From: a candidate division FCPU426 bacterium
GTDB taxonomy: Bacteria > Oederibacteriota > PGYV01 > Palsa-1178
Direction: 5' to 3'
Length of the DNA: 64,000 bases
Assembly (NCBI GenBank): GCA_963840035.1
Contig: CAWIXE010000002.1
Location: 672,001 to 736,000, forward strand
Positions 1-11,000 of this stretch are shown here, one piece after another. Every line of letters starts with the position of its first letter. Positions within the stretch are counted from its first letter, which is position 1. Position numbers and translations under genes: made by a program. Below the pieces are notes generated by a model. That model saw only the letters and a program-made list of their open reading frames with translations, made no database searches and was not told the DNA's origin.

Positions 1-71
1 AGGTCGGACAGGGCGGATCTTCCCCGAATTACACGGGAGACATTTACATAGATTCAATAACGGTTGAATGA
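1..71 (+). CDS. 3' end of a gene truncated by the window edge (possibly a carbohydrate-binding-module-like C-terminus)
   Basis: Frame 3 reads VGQGGSSPNYTGDIYIDSITVE* and its TGA overlaps the next ATG (ATGA); the G-x-IYID ending is typical of jelly-roll CBM domains. Confidence 0.45.
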   Translation, partial: VGQGGSSPNYTGDIYIDSITVE

Positions 72-673
72 TACAGATGGAGATTATTACTGTAGTTGAC
101 CCGATTATGGGTGAGAATTGTTATCTGCTGATAGAAAGCGGCGAAGCTGTAATAATTGACCCCGGTCTGGCGTACGAAAGCATCAAATTGAAAATTGAAA
201 ATCTTAAATTGAAAATTAAATATATTTTATTAACCCACGGCCACTACGACCACATCTTTTCACTCCAATATTTCAGGGATATAAAGACCTATGCCCATGA
301 AAAAGAACGCGCTATGCTTGAAAATCCGGACATAAACCTCTCGTCGCGAGTGGGCGAACAGTTTTCATTTAAGGACATAACTTACTTTGGCGGGGAAACA
401 TATCAAATGGACGGCTTTGAATTCATGCATTCCCCCGGACATACAGAAGGCGGGGTCCTCATAAAAAAAGGAAATGACATATTCACGGGAGACACGCTGT
501 TCTTTGATTCCATTGGCCGTTCTGATACACCTTCAGGCGACCCTGAGGCTATGAAGAGGACATTAAAGATATTTGATAAGATTGACAGAAAATGCGTCAT
601 GCACCCCGGACACGGGGAGAGTTTCGTGCTTGAAGATGCTTTTAAAACAAATTATTTTCTCAGGAAAAGATGA
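68..673 (+). CDS. MBL-fold metallo-hydrolase (glyoxalase II-like)
   Basis: THGHYDH, SPGHT, TGDTLF and HPGHG motifs. Confidence 0.9.
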   Translation: MIQMEIITVVDPIMGENCYLLIESGEAVIIDPGLAYESIKLKIENLKLKIKYILLTHGHYDHIFSLQYFRDIKTYAHEKERAMLENPDINLSSRVGEQFSFKDITYFGGETYQMDGFEFMHSPGHTEGGVLIKKGNDIFTGDTLFFDSIGRSDTPSGDPEAMKRTLKIFDKIDRKCVMHPGHGESFVLEDAFKTNYFLRKR

Positions 674-944
674 TGAAGCATCCTGTTGTAAACATAACCA
701 GGAGAAAACAGGGCGTTGTTCCAAAAAATTTCTGCAAAGACCGGCTGATGCGCTTAAAGATAGGAAAAAAAATTACCAATATCGCAAAGGGAAATTCACC
801 GTCAAACCGCTAAAAAAAATTTCCTATGATTGTGTAGTATTTTGTCAACTTATCAGAAATCTGTTTTTAAAACAAACACACATAAAAGTCTATATAAATA
901 TGGGCTAATATTGATAGGTATATACAAATGGCAGACGTTTTGTA

Positions 945-973
945 TTGACAAAATATGACGCTTGTACTATAAT
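945..973 (+). promoter_or_regulatory. sigma-70-type promoter
   Basis: Perfect TTGACA-17 nt-TATAAT. Confidence 0.75.
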
Positions 974-1010
974 TGATAAAAGGTTGAATTTTATCATGGA
1001 GCGTGCGGCT

Positions 1011-1304
1011 GTGAATAAAGAGGATTTTCTTGAAGTAATATCCACATGGAATTCCATATATCTTTCAAACCACCTTGCCTATGAGATACAAAAAAAGGAA
1101 AGCTTTGAGCCTGAATGGAAAAAGAGAATGCTCAGGGTTATTTCCGTTCTTTATGTAACTGATGAGATAAAAGACACGCCCGTGGAAAGCATGGTAAATA
1201 AAGCCATACGTTACGCTAAAAATTCTGATTCATCCAAAATTCAGGAAGTTCATGAGCTGTTGTATACCGTAGAGAAGTTTATTAACGAAGACACAGACAA
1301 CTAA
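1011..1304 (+). CDS. hypothetical small helical protein
   Basis: ORF with GGAG before GTG at 1011; the track start at 945 lies inside the -35 box, so the real start is 996 or 1011. Confidence 0.6.
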   Translation: MNKEDFLEVISTWNSIYLSNHLAYEIQKKESFEPEWKKRMLRVISVLYVTDEIKDTPVESMVNKAIRYAKNSDSSKIQEVHELLYTVEKFINEDTDN

Positions 1305-1374
1305 TCACAAGTCCCAAATCACAAATCCCAAATAACGGCACTTCTTTGGGATATGTGATTTGGGATTTGAGATT
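1303..1374. repeat. heptamer-periodic inverted repeat (AATCACA/AATCCCA units)
   Basis: Four 7-nt units followed by their reverse complement (TTGGGAT/TTGTGAT-like). Confidence 0.8.
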
Positions 1375-1440
1375 TTGTGGTTGATTTTACCCCTATAAAT
1401 GTTAAAATCCCTTAGGTAATTATATCATCCGGAGGTAATT

Positions 1441-2340
1441 ATGTCTGTCGTTATAGTAGGGTCAATGGCTTTTGACACCATAGAAACACCCTTTGATAAA
1501 AGGGAAAAAGTGCTGGGCGGCGCGTGCGTTTACGCGTCTATCGCGGCATCATATTTTGACAGGCCTTACATAGTCGGGGTTGTAGGCGATGATTTTACCG
1601 ATGCCCAATTCAAGCTCCTTCACGATAAAAAGATCGATACGCTCGGCGTAAAAAAGGAAAAAGGAAAATCTTTTTTCTGGGCCGGCAGGTATAATGCCGA
1701 CATGAAAACCAGGGAAACAATCACCACGGAACTCAATGTGTTTGAGCATTTTAACCCTGAGATACCTGAAAAATACAGCGCCATGCCGTACTTGTTCCTG
1801 GCGAATATTGACCCAGCGCTGCAGCTCAAGGTTTTGAATTCAATGAAAAAGCTGAAATTTTCAATGTGCGACACCATGAACCTCTGGATTTCCATAAAGA
1901 AACCTGAATTGACGGAAGTGTTTAAAAGGGTCAACTGCGTTGTTTTAAATGATGAAGAGATAGCCCAGTATACCGGAAAAACAGACATAGTATCAGGGGC
2001 GAAGGACATAATGAAACTCGGGCCCCAATATATTATTATTAAAAAAGGGGAGCATGGAGCTGTTTTGATCGGGAAGAACCTTTATTTTAACCTGCCGGCT
2101 TACCCTGTGGCAAAAGCGTCTGACCCTACCGGGGCCGGGGATACTTTTGGCGGGGCGTTCATCGGATACCTCGCGGGCCGCAATGACACAGGCGTGTCCG
2201 CCATGAAAAAAGCCATTGCATACGGAAATACGGCAGCCTCATTTACAGTGGAAGACTTCGGGGTTGACCGCATTAACGGCGTCTCCAGGAAAGAAATTGA
2301 CGCGAGGATGAATCAACTGAAGAAAATGGTTACATTCTAA
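1441..2340 (+). CDS. PfkB-family carbohydrate/nucleoside kinase
   Basis: N-terminal GS-x-A-x-D and LGG, C-terminal DPTGAGDTFGGAF signature; GGAGGT RBS. Confidence 0.92.
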   Translation: MSVVIVGSMAFDTIETPFDKREKVLGGACVYASIAASYFDRPYIVGVVGDDFTDAQFKLLHDKKIDTLGVKKEKGKSFFWAGRYNADMKTRETITTELNVFEHFNPEIPEKYSAMPYLFLANIDPALQLKVLNSMKKLKFSMCDTMNLWISIKKPELTEVFKRVNCVVLNDEEIAQYTGKTDIVSGAKDIMKLGPQYIIIKKGEHGAVLIGKNLYFNLPAYPVAKASDPTGAGDTFGGAFIGYLAGRNDTGVSAMKKAIAYGNTAASFTVEDFGVDRINGVSRKEIDARMNQLKKMVTF

Positions 2341-2343
2341 CTT

Positions 2344-2417
2344 AAAACTGGAAGCTGAAAACTGAAAGTGAATTCGAAAAATGCTTCAACTTTAAGTTTT
2401 CAGTTTTAAATTTTAAG
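2344..2417. repeat. heptamer-periodic inverted repeat (AAACTGA-type)
   Basis: AAACTGG/AAGCTGA/AAACTGA units, then TTTTCAG/TTTTAAG-type complement. Confidence 0.65.
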
Positions 2418-2435
2418 TTAATGATAGGGGTTTAT

Positions 2436-3656
2436 ATGGGCGGTATTGAGAATCTCGAAGGCGATCTTCTCAGAGTGCTCCAGAATATGGAAGGAGAAAA
2501 GCTTAAAAACCTTCCGCCGTATGTCTTTGGTACCGTTAAAAAAGAACTTGCCTCGCTGCGCAAGGCGGGTAAGGACATAATTGATTTTTCCATGGGAAAC
2601 CCTGACGGGGCCACGCCCAGGCATATTGTCGATAAGCTCATTGAGGCTGTACAGAACCCGAAAAACCACAGGTATTCCGCGTCAAGGGGCATTTATAAGC
2701 TGAACCTTGCCGTTGCTGATTTTTATAAAAGGCGTTTTAGCGTGGAACTTGACCCTAATACCGAATGCATTACCACAATCGGATCAAAAGAAGGAATCTC
2801 GCACCTGATGTACGCGGTAATAAACAGGGGCGACAATGTGATAGTTCCGACGCCGTGCTATCCGATACATTCCATAGCGGTTACTTTGGCCGGCGGAAAT
2901 GTAATATCGGTCCCTATGGTAAAAGGCAGGGACTTTTTTGACGATATGGTAAAGGTAGTGGAAAATACATGGCCGAAGCCGAAGTTTCTGCTGCTGAATT
3001 ATCCGCATAACCCGACGGCGGAAGTGGTGGAACTTTCGTTCTTTGAAAAAGTGGTGGATTTCGCGAAGAAGAATAACCTGATAGTGCTTCACGACAACGC
3101 CTATTCGGAATTATATTTTGACGGCTTTGTGCCGCCGAGCTTCCTTCAGGCACCCGGGGCAAAGGATGTGGGCGCTGAATTTTATACGCTTTCGAAGACC
3201 TATAACATGCCCGGATGGCGGGTGGGTTTCCTTGTTGGAAATAAATACATAGTTAAAGCCCTTGAGAAAATAAAAAGTTACCTCGATTACGGAATGTTCC
3301 AGCCCATACAGATCGCGGCAATCCACGCGCTCAACTCGCGTGATGACAGTGTCGACGACATAAGGGCGGTTTACAAGGCCAGGCGCGACGTGCTCGTTGA
3401 CGGGCTTTTAAAGCTCGGGTGGGAAGTCGATAAGCCAAAAGCGACCATGTTCGTATGGGCTAAAATACCCGCGCAGTTTGCGTCCCTTTCCGCGGTTGAT
3501 TTTTCCATGAAGCTGATGAGGGAAGCGGAAACAGCGGTCTCGCCCGGAACGGGTTTTGGGCCCGGAGGTGAAGGATTTGTCCGCTTCGCGCTTATTGAGA
3601 ACGAACAGAGGACGCATCAGGCTTTAAGGAATATAAAGGCTATGATGGGTAAGTAG
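2436..3656 (+). CDS. class I/II PLP aminotransferase, AlaC / LL-DAP aminotransferase-like
   Basis: MGNPD, HRYSASRG, GSKEG, NYPHNPT, DNAY and SKTYNMPGWRVG (PLP Lys); start uncertain (2421/2436/2487). Confidence 0.88.
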   Translation: MGGIENLEGDLLRVLQNMEGEKLKNLPPYVFGTVKKELASLRKAGKDIIDFSMGNPDGATPRHIVDKLIEAVQNPKNHRYSASRGIYKLNLAVADFYKRRFSVELDPNTECITTIGSKEGISHLMYAVINRGDNVIVPTPCYPIHSIAVTLAGGNVISVPMVKGRDFFDDMVKVVENTWPKPKFLLLNYPHNPTAEVVELSFFEKVVDFAKKNNLIVLHDNAYSELYFDGFVPPSFLQAPGAKDVGAEFYTLSKTYNMPGWRVGFLVGNKYIVKALEKIKSYLDYGMFQPIQIAAIHALNSRDDSVDDIRAVYKARRDVLVDGLLKLGWEVDKPKATMFVWAKIPAQFASLSAVDFSMKLMREAETAVSPGTGFGPGGEGFVRFALIENEQRTHQALRNIKAMMGK

Positions 3657-3726
3657 AAATACAATTGACAATGGACAATTGTCAATTGACTATAAAAAAG
3701 ATCAAAAAAATCGTCGGAGGTTTTAA

Positions 3727-4911
3727 ATGATCGCGGACAGGATGAAAAAAGTTTCAGCTTCAATCACGCTTGCCATTGACGCAAAGGCAAAGCAGATGAT
3801 AGCGGACGGCGTTGACTTAGTCGGGTTTGGAGCCGGAGAACCGGATTTTAATACGCCTGAGAATATCAAACAGGCCGGGATAAAGGCCATAACCGAGAAT
3901 AAGACACGCTATACACCTTCATCAGGGCTTCCGGACTTAAGGAACCTTATAGCCGCAAAACTAAAAAAGGACAACGGGCTTGATTATAAGATGGGGAACA
4001 TTATAGTTTCCTGCGGAGCCAAACATTCGCTTTTTAATATTTTCATGGCCGGCTTAAATCCCGGCGATGAAGTGATTATTTTTGCCCCTTACTGGGTATC
4101 CTATTACGAGATGGCCAACATGGCACAGGCAGTACCGGTGCTTGTGAACCTTGATGAGTCCAGGAACTTTGAGATTGATTTTGACCTGCTGAAATCAAAG
4201 ATAACGAAGAAGACAAAAGCGATGATCGTAAATTCGCCTTCAAATCCTACGGGGTGCGTGCTTTCCGCGGATTCGCTGAAAAAACTCGCTGAGATAGCGC
4301 TGGAAAACAATATCCTGATTATTTCGGATGAGATTTATGAAAAGAACCTTTACAACGGCAAGAAACACATTTCAATCGCTTCCTTATCGCCGGAAGTAAA
4401 GTCGAAAACAGTCGTGGTAAACGGCCTTTCAAAGTCGCATGCCATGACAGGCTGGCGCATAGGCTACATAGCCGCGGATGACATGGAACTGGTAAAAGCC
4501 ATGGACAACCTCCAGTCGCATTCGACATCAAACCCGGCCACAATTTCACAGATGGCCGCCATCGAGGCGTGTAAGACCGATGAGTCAGTGGTGCAGGCCA
4601 TGGTTAATGAGTTTGACAAACGCAGGAAGCATATAATTGAGAGGGTGCGCGCGATCAAAGGTTTGACCTGCGTGGAACCGGACGGCGCTTTTTATGTTTT
4701 CCCGAACTTCAAACAGCTCCTTGGAAAGGAAATTAAAGGCAAAAAGATTGAAGGCTCCATGTCGCTGGCCGATATACTTTTAACTGAGGCAAAAGTCGCG
4801 GTTGTGCCGGGAATAGCTTTCGGAAGCGACGTGCACTTCAGGATGTCATACGCGACATCCATGCAGAATATAGACAAAGGGCTCGACAGGATAGCTGAGA
4901 TTTTAAAGTAG
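3727..4911 (+). CDS. aspartate aminotransferase (class I PLP-dependent)
   Basis: GAGEPDF, NSPSNPTG, SDEIY and SKSHAMTGWRIG motifs. Confidence 0.9.
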   Translation: MIADRMKKVSASITLAIDAKAKQMIADGVDLVGFGAGEPDFNTPENIKQAGIKAITENKTRYTPSSGLPDLRNLIAAKLKKDNGLDYKMGNIIVSCGAKHSLFNIFMAGLNPGDEVIIFAPYWVSYYEMANMAQAVPVLVNLDESRNFEIDFDLLKSKITKKTKAMIVNSPSNPTGCVLSADSLKKLAEIALENNILIISDEIYEKNLYNGKKHISIASLSPEVKSKTVVVNGLSKSHAMTGWRIGYIAADDMELVKAMDNLQSHSTSNPATISQMAAIEACKTDESVVQAMVNEFDKRRKHIIERVRAIKGLTCVEPDGAFYVFPNFKQLLGKEIKGKKIEGSMSLADILLTEAKVAVVPGIAFGSDVHFRMSYATSMQNIDKGLDRIAEILK

Positions 4912-4916
4912 GATAA

Positions 4917-4970
4917 AAGCTCAGAGCCCAAAGCTCAGGTGAAATCTACTTGGGATATGGGCTCTGGGAT
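4917..4970. repeat. heptamer-periodic inverted repeat (AGCCCAA/AGCTCAG type), copy 1
   Basis: AGCTCAG AGCCCAA AGCTCAG ... TTGGGAT ATGGGCT CTGGGAT. Confidence 0.7.
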
Positions 4971-4991
4971 ATTACACTTTCAAGGAGTTAT

Positions 4992-5702
4992 ATGGCTGAC
5001 CAGATCTGGTTAAAGGATGTAAAGTGCCCGGCGTGTGACCTTGCGTTTAAGACCGCCAGGGTAAAACCGTCGGCGCTTAAGGTGAAAATGGGCGAGGCTG
5101 ATTTTCATAAGATTTATGAAAATATTAACCCGCTCCTGTACGCTGTCACGTCATGCCCGGGCTGCAATTATTCCGCCAGGAATGACGAGTTTGACGACAG
5201 GACGCTGGAGTACCACCCGCAGATAATAAAGATAGCCATGGCCATAAAGGATTCCGGCAAGAACGTGAAATTTCCGGAGACAAAGGACAGCGATTTGGAA
5301 ACATCGGCAAAGAAGCACCTCCTGGCCATAACTTTTGCCAAACTTTTTAAGCCGGAGGACCCGCTTACCATAGCGGGGTTATATATGCACCTTGCGTGGA
5401 TGCACAGGGAAGCTGGCAACGCGGAAAAAGACAGGGAATACTTAAAACCGGCTCTTGAATATTACATAAAAACTTTTGAAAAGGGCAGCCACATTCCTGA
5501 AAAGATCGGCGAGCCGGGCATAATTTACCTTATAGGCGAGCTAAACAGGGTTCTCGGAAATAATACCGAAGCGGTTACCTGGTTTTCCCGCGTGGTAAAG
5601 CACGATCAGATTCATAATTTCCCGAGCATTGAAAACCTGGCAAGAGACGCGTGGGAGAAGGTCACGGAAGAGAAGCGCAGGGCGAAAGAGCAGGAAAAAT
5701 AG
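4992..5702 (+). CDS. DUF2225-family protein (two CxxC pairs plus TPR-like helices)
   Basis: CPAC, INPLLYAV, CPGCNYS, LAWMHR and YLIGELNR motifs; AGGAG RBS before ATG 4992. Confidence 0.82.
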   Translation: MADQIWLKDVKCPACDLAFKTARVKPSALKVKMGEADFHKIYENINPLLYAVTSCPGCNYSARNDEFDDRTLEYHPQIIKIAMAIKDSGKNVKFPETKDSDLETSAKKHLLAITFAKLFKPEDPLTIAGLYMHLAWMHREAGNAEKDREYLKPALEYYIKTFEKGSHIPEKIGEPGIIYLIGELNRVLGNNTEAVTWFSRVVKHDQIHNFPSIENLARDAWEKVTEEKRRAKEQEK

Positions 5703-5768
5703 CCCAAAGCCCAGAGCTCAAGTCCCAAGTGACGCAGACTTGGGCTATGGGCTCTGAGCTTTGGCTCA
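5701..5768. repeat. heptamer-periodic inverted repeat (AGCCCAA type), copy 2
   Basis: AGCCCAA AGCCCAG AGCTCAA GTCCCAA ... TTGGGCT ATGGGCT CTGAGCT. Confidence 0.75.
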
Positions 5769-5782
5769 CTAAAAGGAGGTTT

Positions 5783-6988
5783 ATGATGAAGATCGCAATC
5801 GTTACAGACACGTACAGGCCGAGGGTAAACGGTGTTGTCGCATCAATAGATACATTTGCCAATGAGTACAGAAAACTCGGGCATGAGGTTATGATAGTTG
5901 CCCCGGAATATCCAAAGGCGCAGAAAGATTTTAAGGACGCCGGAAATGAGCAGTATGTAATCAGGATACACGCGAAACCGATATTTTTTGACCCTGAAGA
6001 CAGCCTTGCTTTTCCCGGGTCGATGGAGGGGCGCAAGACTATTAATGAAAAGATTATCCAGCATAAATTTGACATAATCCACACACAGACCCCGTTCACG
6101 CTGGGTATTGAAGCCGTAAAATGGGCAAAACAGATGGGCTGCCCGATTGTGCAGACGTACCATACGATGTTTGAGTCATACATCGGGCATTATGTAAAGT
6201 TCCTCCCGAAGGCTTTTGGATTCTGGTTCTCAAAGGCTTTTTCAAAATGGTACAGCGACAAGATGGATCTGAACATCACGCCGTCAACGCAGATGATGGA
6301 CCTGCTGCTTACTTATAAAGTAAAGACGCCGGTTGAAGTAAACCCGACAGGCATTAAGATTGACAAATTTAAGGTATTTGACGGTGACGATTTCAGAAAG
6401 AAAAATAATATCCCGAAAGACACCATTTTGTTCCTCTTTATGGGCAGGATCGGCCATGAAAAGAACATCCCGTTCCTTTTTGATGTTTTGAAAAAGGTAC
6501 AGGCGAAAATGCCCGGCAGGGCAATAAAGCTCATGGTTGCCGGAAAAGGCCCGGCCGAGGAAGAAGTAAAAGCGGCGGCAAAGGAAAAAGGCGTTGAAAA
6601 TGACGTGCTGTGGTTCGGATATTTTGACCCTCAGGACTGGGTAAACTGTTACGCTGCTGCAGACCTGTTTACATTCGCTTCAGTGACTGAAACACAGGGG
6701 CTCGTGGTAACGGAAGCTATGGCGGTTGGAACACCTGTTGTTGCCGTCGGCGAAATGGGCGTGGCTGAAGTGATGAAAGGCGACAAGGGCGGAGTGCTTG
6801 TGGATTTAAATGTGGACCACTTTGTGGACGCTGTGGTTAAAATGCTCACGGACAGCAAGTATTACGAATCAAAAAAGAAAGAAGCTTTTGAATACGCTAA
6901 GGAATGGTCGGCTGAGGCAAAGGCGAAGAGCCTTCTGGCGAAATTTGAAAGGGTAATAGCTGAAAAAAAGGCAAAACTTAAAAAATAG
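5783..6988 (+). CDS. GT4 glycosyltransferase (diacylglycerol glucosyltransferase-like)
   Basis: MKIAIVTDTYRPRVNGV, HTQTPF, GRIGHEKN and ETQGLVVTEAM motifs; AGGAGG RBS. Confidence 0.9.
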   Translation: MMKIAIVTDTYRPRVNGVVASIDTFANEYRKLGHEVMIVAPEYPKAQKDFKDAGNEQYVIRIHAKPIFFDPEDSLAFPGSMEGRKTINEKIIQHKFDIIHTQTPFTLGIEAVKWAKQMGCPIVQTYHTMFESYIGHYVKFLPKAFGFWFSKAFSKWYSDKMDLNITPSTQMMDLLLTYKVKTPVEVNPTGIKIDKFKVFDGDDFRKKNNIPKDTILFLFMGRIGHEKNIPFLFDVLKKVQAKMPGRAIKLMVAGKGPAEEEVKAAAKEKGVENDVLWFGYFDPQDWVNCYAAADLFTFASVTETQGLVVTEAMAVGTPVVAVGEMGVAEVMKGDKGGVLVDLNVDHFVDAVVKMLTDSKYYESKKKEAFEYAKEWSAEAKAKSLLAKFERVIAEKKAKLKK

Positions 6989-6995
6989 GAGATAC

Positions 6996-7385
6996 ATGAA
7001 AACTTTAAAGGCTGTATTTGTTTTATTATCAGTTATTATTATATCCGGATGCGCTTCAGTGCCGTTCGCGGGTAAAAAAGTAAGGTATGTGGAAGTGCAC
7101 TCACGCAGCTGCTATGTCTGCCAGCGCATGGAAAAAGTTATTGATGAGCTTGATTCAAAGTACGGCAGCCAGGTCGAAATAGACTCTTACAGCGATTCAT
7201 CCGATGAGGGCGGCGAATATGTGGAAAAGTACAAGATAACAAAATTTCCGGCCAATATTATGCTCGACGCAACCGGCGCGGTATTTTTCAGGTATGACGG
7301 GCTTCTGGACGTCAAGGCGCTGGAAACGCAGTTTTTTAAAAAAGGCGTAACGCCGCCGCCTGACGCCGGTACTGCGGTTAAATAA
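6996..7385 (+). CDS. thioredoxin-fold lipoprotein
   Basis: Lipobox ISGC, CYVC motif, KFP cis-Pro loop. Confidence 0.75.
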   Translation: MKTLKAVFVLLSVIIISGCASVPFAGKKVRYVEVHSRSCYVCQRMEKVIDELDSKYGSQVEIDSYSDSSDEGGEYVEKYKITKFPANIMLDATGAVFFRYDGLLDVKALETQFFKKGVTPPPDAGTAVK

Positions 7386-7388
7386 AGC

Positions 7389-7514
7389 AATTACTAATTA
7401 CAAATTACTAATAAAGGAGCGCGGTGCGCTTTTTATTATAGTAATGCATGGCAAAGGATTCGGAGTACTTGTTTCTATTAGTAATTAGTAATTGGTAATT
7501 GGTAATTAGTCATT
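7389..7514. repeat. heptamer-armed element (AATTACT/AGTAATT arms around a GCGCGGTGCGC core)
   Basis: Inverted 7-nt arrays; related to the element at 41459-41577. Confidence 0.75.
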
Positions 7515-7518
7515 AAAT

Positions 7519-7842
7519 TTGTATTTGAGGGTTTGGTGGATCTTGGACACGCAGGACTTTCTCGATAACATAAAAAGCTGGCTCGACTTTTACAGGGACG
7601 TCCGGATACCCGACCTGGAATATCCGCCTGCCGTTACCCCCGATGATATAAAGTGGGAAGACGGCATGATGAAAGTCGCTTCGGCATTTGGCGTCTGTGA
7701 TTCGCTGGCTGGCACTCCGGCCGAGAAAAAAATGCAGCAGGCAGTGGAAATGGCAAAGTCAAAAGAACGTTCCAAACTAAAGGATATATATGATATTATA
7801 ACGCAGGTTGAAAAATACCTCGGGGAAAGCATAAACAGGTAA
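7519..7842 (+). CDS. hypothetical protein
   Basis: Plausible protein-like ORF filling the gap; start uncertain. Confidence 0.6.
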   Translation: MYLRVWWILDTQDFLDNIKSWLDFYRDVRIPDLEYPPAVTPDDIKWEDGMMKVASAFGVCDSLAGTPAEKKMQQAVEMAKSKERSKLKDIYDIITQVEKYLGESINR

Positions 7843-7881
7843 GATTTCATCTGTTATAGGCTGTTTTACAGCAATTTATTA

Positions 7882-7961
7882 TTGACTTTCCTGTTATAAT
7901 TTTGTATATTTGTAATAGCAACAGACGGCAATGATGCCTTCCTTAAACCGCTTAGAGGCGG
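7882..7961 (+). promoter_or_regulatory. gltB promoter and ANTAR-like leader hairpins
   Basis: TTGACT-17-TATATT, then GGC-AATGAT-GCC (7927-7938) and CCGC-TTAGAG-GCGG (7948-7961). Confidence 0.5.
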
Positions 7962-8079
7962 ACAATCTCAAAGACCCGAGCTGCTATAGGTATGTCCATA
8001 GCACGGGAAAATACTTGAAACTATGGTAGTATTATACTGTCCGGATAACTAACATACTAAACGTCTAAGGAGAAAGTAA

Positions 8080-11000
8080 ATGGAAAAAAACGGAGAATAT
8101 ACGCCAAAACAGCAGGGGTTATATGACCCTTCTTTTGAGAAAGATTCCTGCGGGGTGGGTTTTATCGCCAGCATAAAAGGCGAAAAGACAAACCAGCTTG
8201 TCCTTGACGGCATGCAGATTTTAGAGCGCATGACGCACAGGGGCGCGACAGGAGCCGACCCTAAGACCGGCGATGGCGCCGGAATCTTAATACAGATTCC
8301 CCATGATTTTTTTGTGAAAGTCCTTAAGTCCACACAGATAAAACTCCCGGAAGAGGGTTTTTACGGCACGGGGCTTGTATTCCTGCCGCCTGATGATGAG
8401 GAACGCAAGGCGGTTAAAAAGGAAGTTAAAAAAGCGGCTGAAGAAAAGGGCGCGGAACTGCTCGGATGGAGGGAAGTGCCTGTAGATAACAGCGTAATCG
8501 GGCCTGTTGCCAGGGAAAGCGAGCCGGTATTTGAACAGGTATTTATAAAGCGCCCGGCTGGCATGGCTGACAGGGAAGAATTCGAAAGGCTGCTTTATAT
8601 AATCAGAAAGATGGCGGAGAATTCCGTGCGTGGAGCCGATTTAAGGCAAAAATCTCGTTTTTATTTTACCAACCTTTCCAGCAGGGTGCTTATTTACAAA
8701 GGCCTTATGATGCCTGCGGAGATGGCAAACTTTTTTACAGACTTAAAGGACAGCGACGTCAAAAGCGCCATATGCCTGGTTCATTCCCGCTACTCCACTA
8801 ACACTTTCCCGACATGGGATTTAGCCCAGCCTTTCAGAATGCTCGCGCACAACGGCGAGATAAATACCCTGCGCGGAAATTTAAACTGGATGAAAGCCAG
8901 GGAAGGGCTGTTTAACAGCGCGGCTTTTAAGACGGACACATATCATTTAAAACCGGTAATAAGGGACGAGAAGCAGAGCGACTCCGCGTCCATAGACAAC
9001 GCTTTTGAAATGCTCAACAAGGCCGGCCGCACCATGCCGCACGCCATGATGATGCTTGTGCCTGAAGCATGGGAACACAATAAACTCCTCCCGAATTCCA
9101 TAAGGAGTTTCTACAAATACCACGCTTGCTTCATGGAGCCGTGGGACGGCCCTGCCGCGCTTGCGTTTACGGACGGCGTCAGGATCGGCGCCGTGCTCGA
9201 CAGGAACGGACTCCGGCCGGCGAGATACCTGATTACAAACGACGGCTACGTGATAATGTCCTCGGAAGTGGGCGTCCTTGACGTCTCGCCATCGAACATA
9301 AACAGGTCAGGAAGGCTCGAGCCGGGGAAGATATTTTACATAGATACGGCCAAGAACAGGATTATAAATGACTCGGAGGTCAAGGACGAGCTTGCCAGGC
9401 GCGCCCCATACAGGCAGTGGCGCAAGGAACAGCTTATATATCTTGAGGACCTTCCTGTACCGGATATAAAAGTAGCTGCCGCGGAAGGCCTGCTTGACCA
9501 GCTTAAAGTGTTCGGTTACACAAGGGAAGACATGAAGGATATTTTAAAACCCATGGCAGGGGAAGCAAAGGACCCGATCGGGTCAATGGGAAACGATACG
9601 CCGCACTCGGTTCTGTCTGTAAGGCCGAAGCTGCTTTATACCTATTTTAAGCAGCTCTTCGCACAGGTTACAAACCCGCCCATAGACTCGGAGAGGGAAG
9701 AAATAGTCATGAGCCTGCGCAGTTTTATCGGGCCGCAAAAGAACATATTTGAGGAAACAGCCCAGCACACGCATAAGCTGCAGGTGCGGGAACCCATCCT
9801 TTCAAATGAAGAGCTTGAAAAGATCAAGCATATAGCCGTTAACGGCTTCAGGACAAAGACAATATCCCTGCTGTTAATGCCCGGTGACACTGCGGATTTC
9901 ACGCGCGCGGTTGACAGGGTATGCGAAGAGGCTGTTAATGCCATCACAGAGGGCTATTCCTATATTATCTTAAGCGACAGGGGCGTAAGCGACGAATATA
10001 CGGCCATACCGGCCCTTCTGGCCTCAGGAGCGGTGCATCAGGAGCTCGTAAAGAGGTCTTTAAGGACAAATGTGGGGCTGATTCTTGAATCAGGCGAGCC
10101 AAGGGAAGTGCACCACTTCTGCGTGCTGCTCGGTTTCGGCTTGGATGTCATTAATCCGTACCTTGCCTACGAAGCCATTAAATACATGGCGGACAAGGGC
10201 GAGATTGAGTGCGGGTATGATAAGGGAGTTTATAATTACAGGAAGACCTGTCATAAAGGCATACGCAAGGTCATGGCTAAGATGGGCATATCGACCATAC
10301 AGAGTTACAGGGGCGCGCAGATATTTGAGGCGCTTGGAATTCATGAAGAGGTCATAGACAGGTGTTTTACCGGGGCTGTATCCAGGATAGGCGGCGTGGG
10401 TTTTGAGGAAATCGCGAAAGAAGTAATGATGACGCATAAGGAATCATTCCATAAGACCGGAGCCCCGGATAATATCCTGCCGTCCGGCGGGATATACCAG
10501 TGGAAAAAGGACGGCGAAGTCCATTTGTGGAATCCGGATTCCATAGCGGCGCTGCAGGACGCGGTCAGGAATAACGACAAAAAAAGGTTCAAGGATTTTA
10601 CCTCCATGATAAATGACCAGTCAAAACAGCCGGTGACATTAAGGTCGCTTTTAAAGTTTAAAAAACAGCAGCCGATTGACATAAGCCAGGTGGAACCGGT
10701 TGAGGCAATAGTAAAACGGTTTGTGGTCGGAGCCATGAGTTTCGGTTCTATAAGCGGCGCCGCACATGAGGCCATGGCAATTGCCATGAACAGGCTCGGC
10801 GGCAAGTCCAATACAGGGGAAGGCGGCGAGGATCCCGCGAGGTTTACCCCGTTTGCCAACGGAGATTCCGCGCGCAGCGCGATAAAGCAGGTGGCTTCAG
10901 GCAGGTTCGGTGTCAATATTAATTACCTGACCAATGCCGATGAAATTCAGATAAAGATCGCGCAGGGCGCGAAACCGGGCGAAGGCGGGCAGCTTCCCGG

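Noticed and set aside
573..908. 111-aa ORF and the many antisense or overlapping ORFs in the track
   Set aside because: No recognisable motifs or RBS, and most are shadows of well-supported genes
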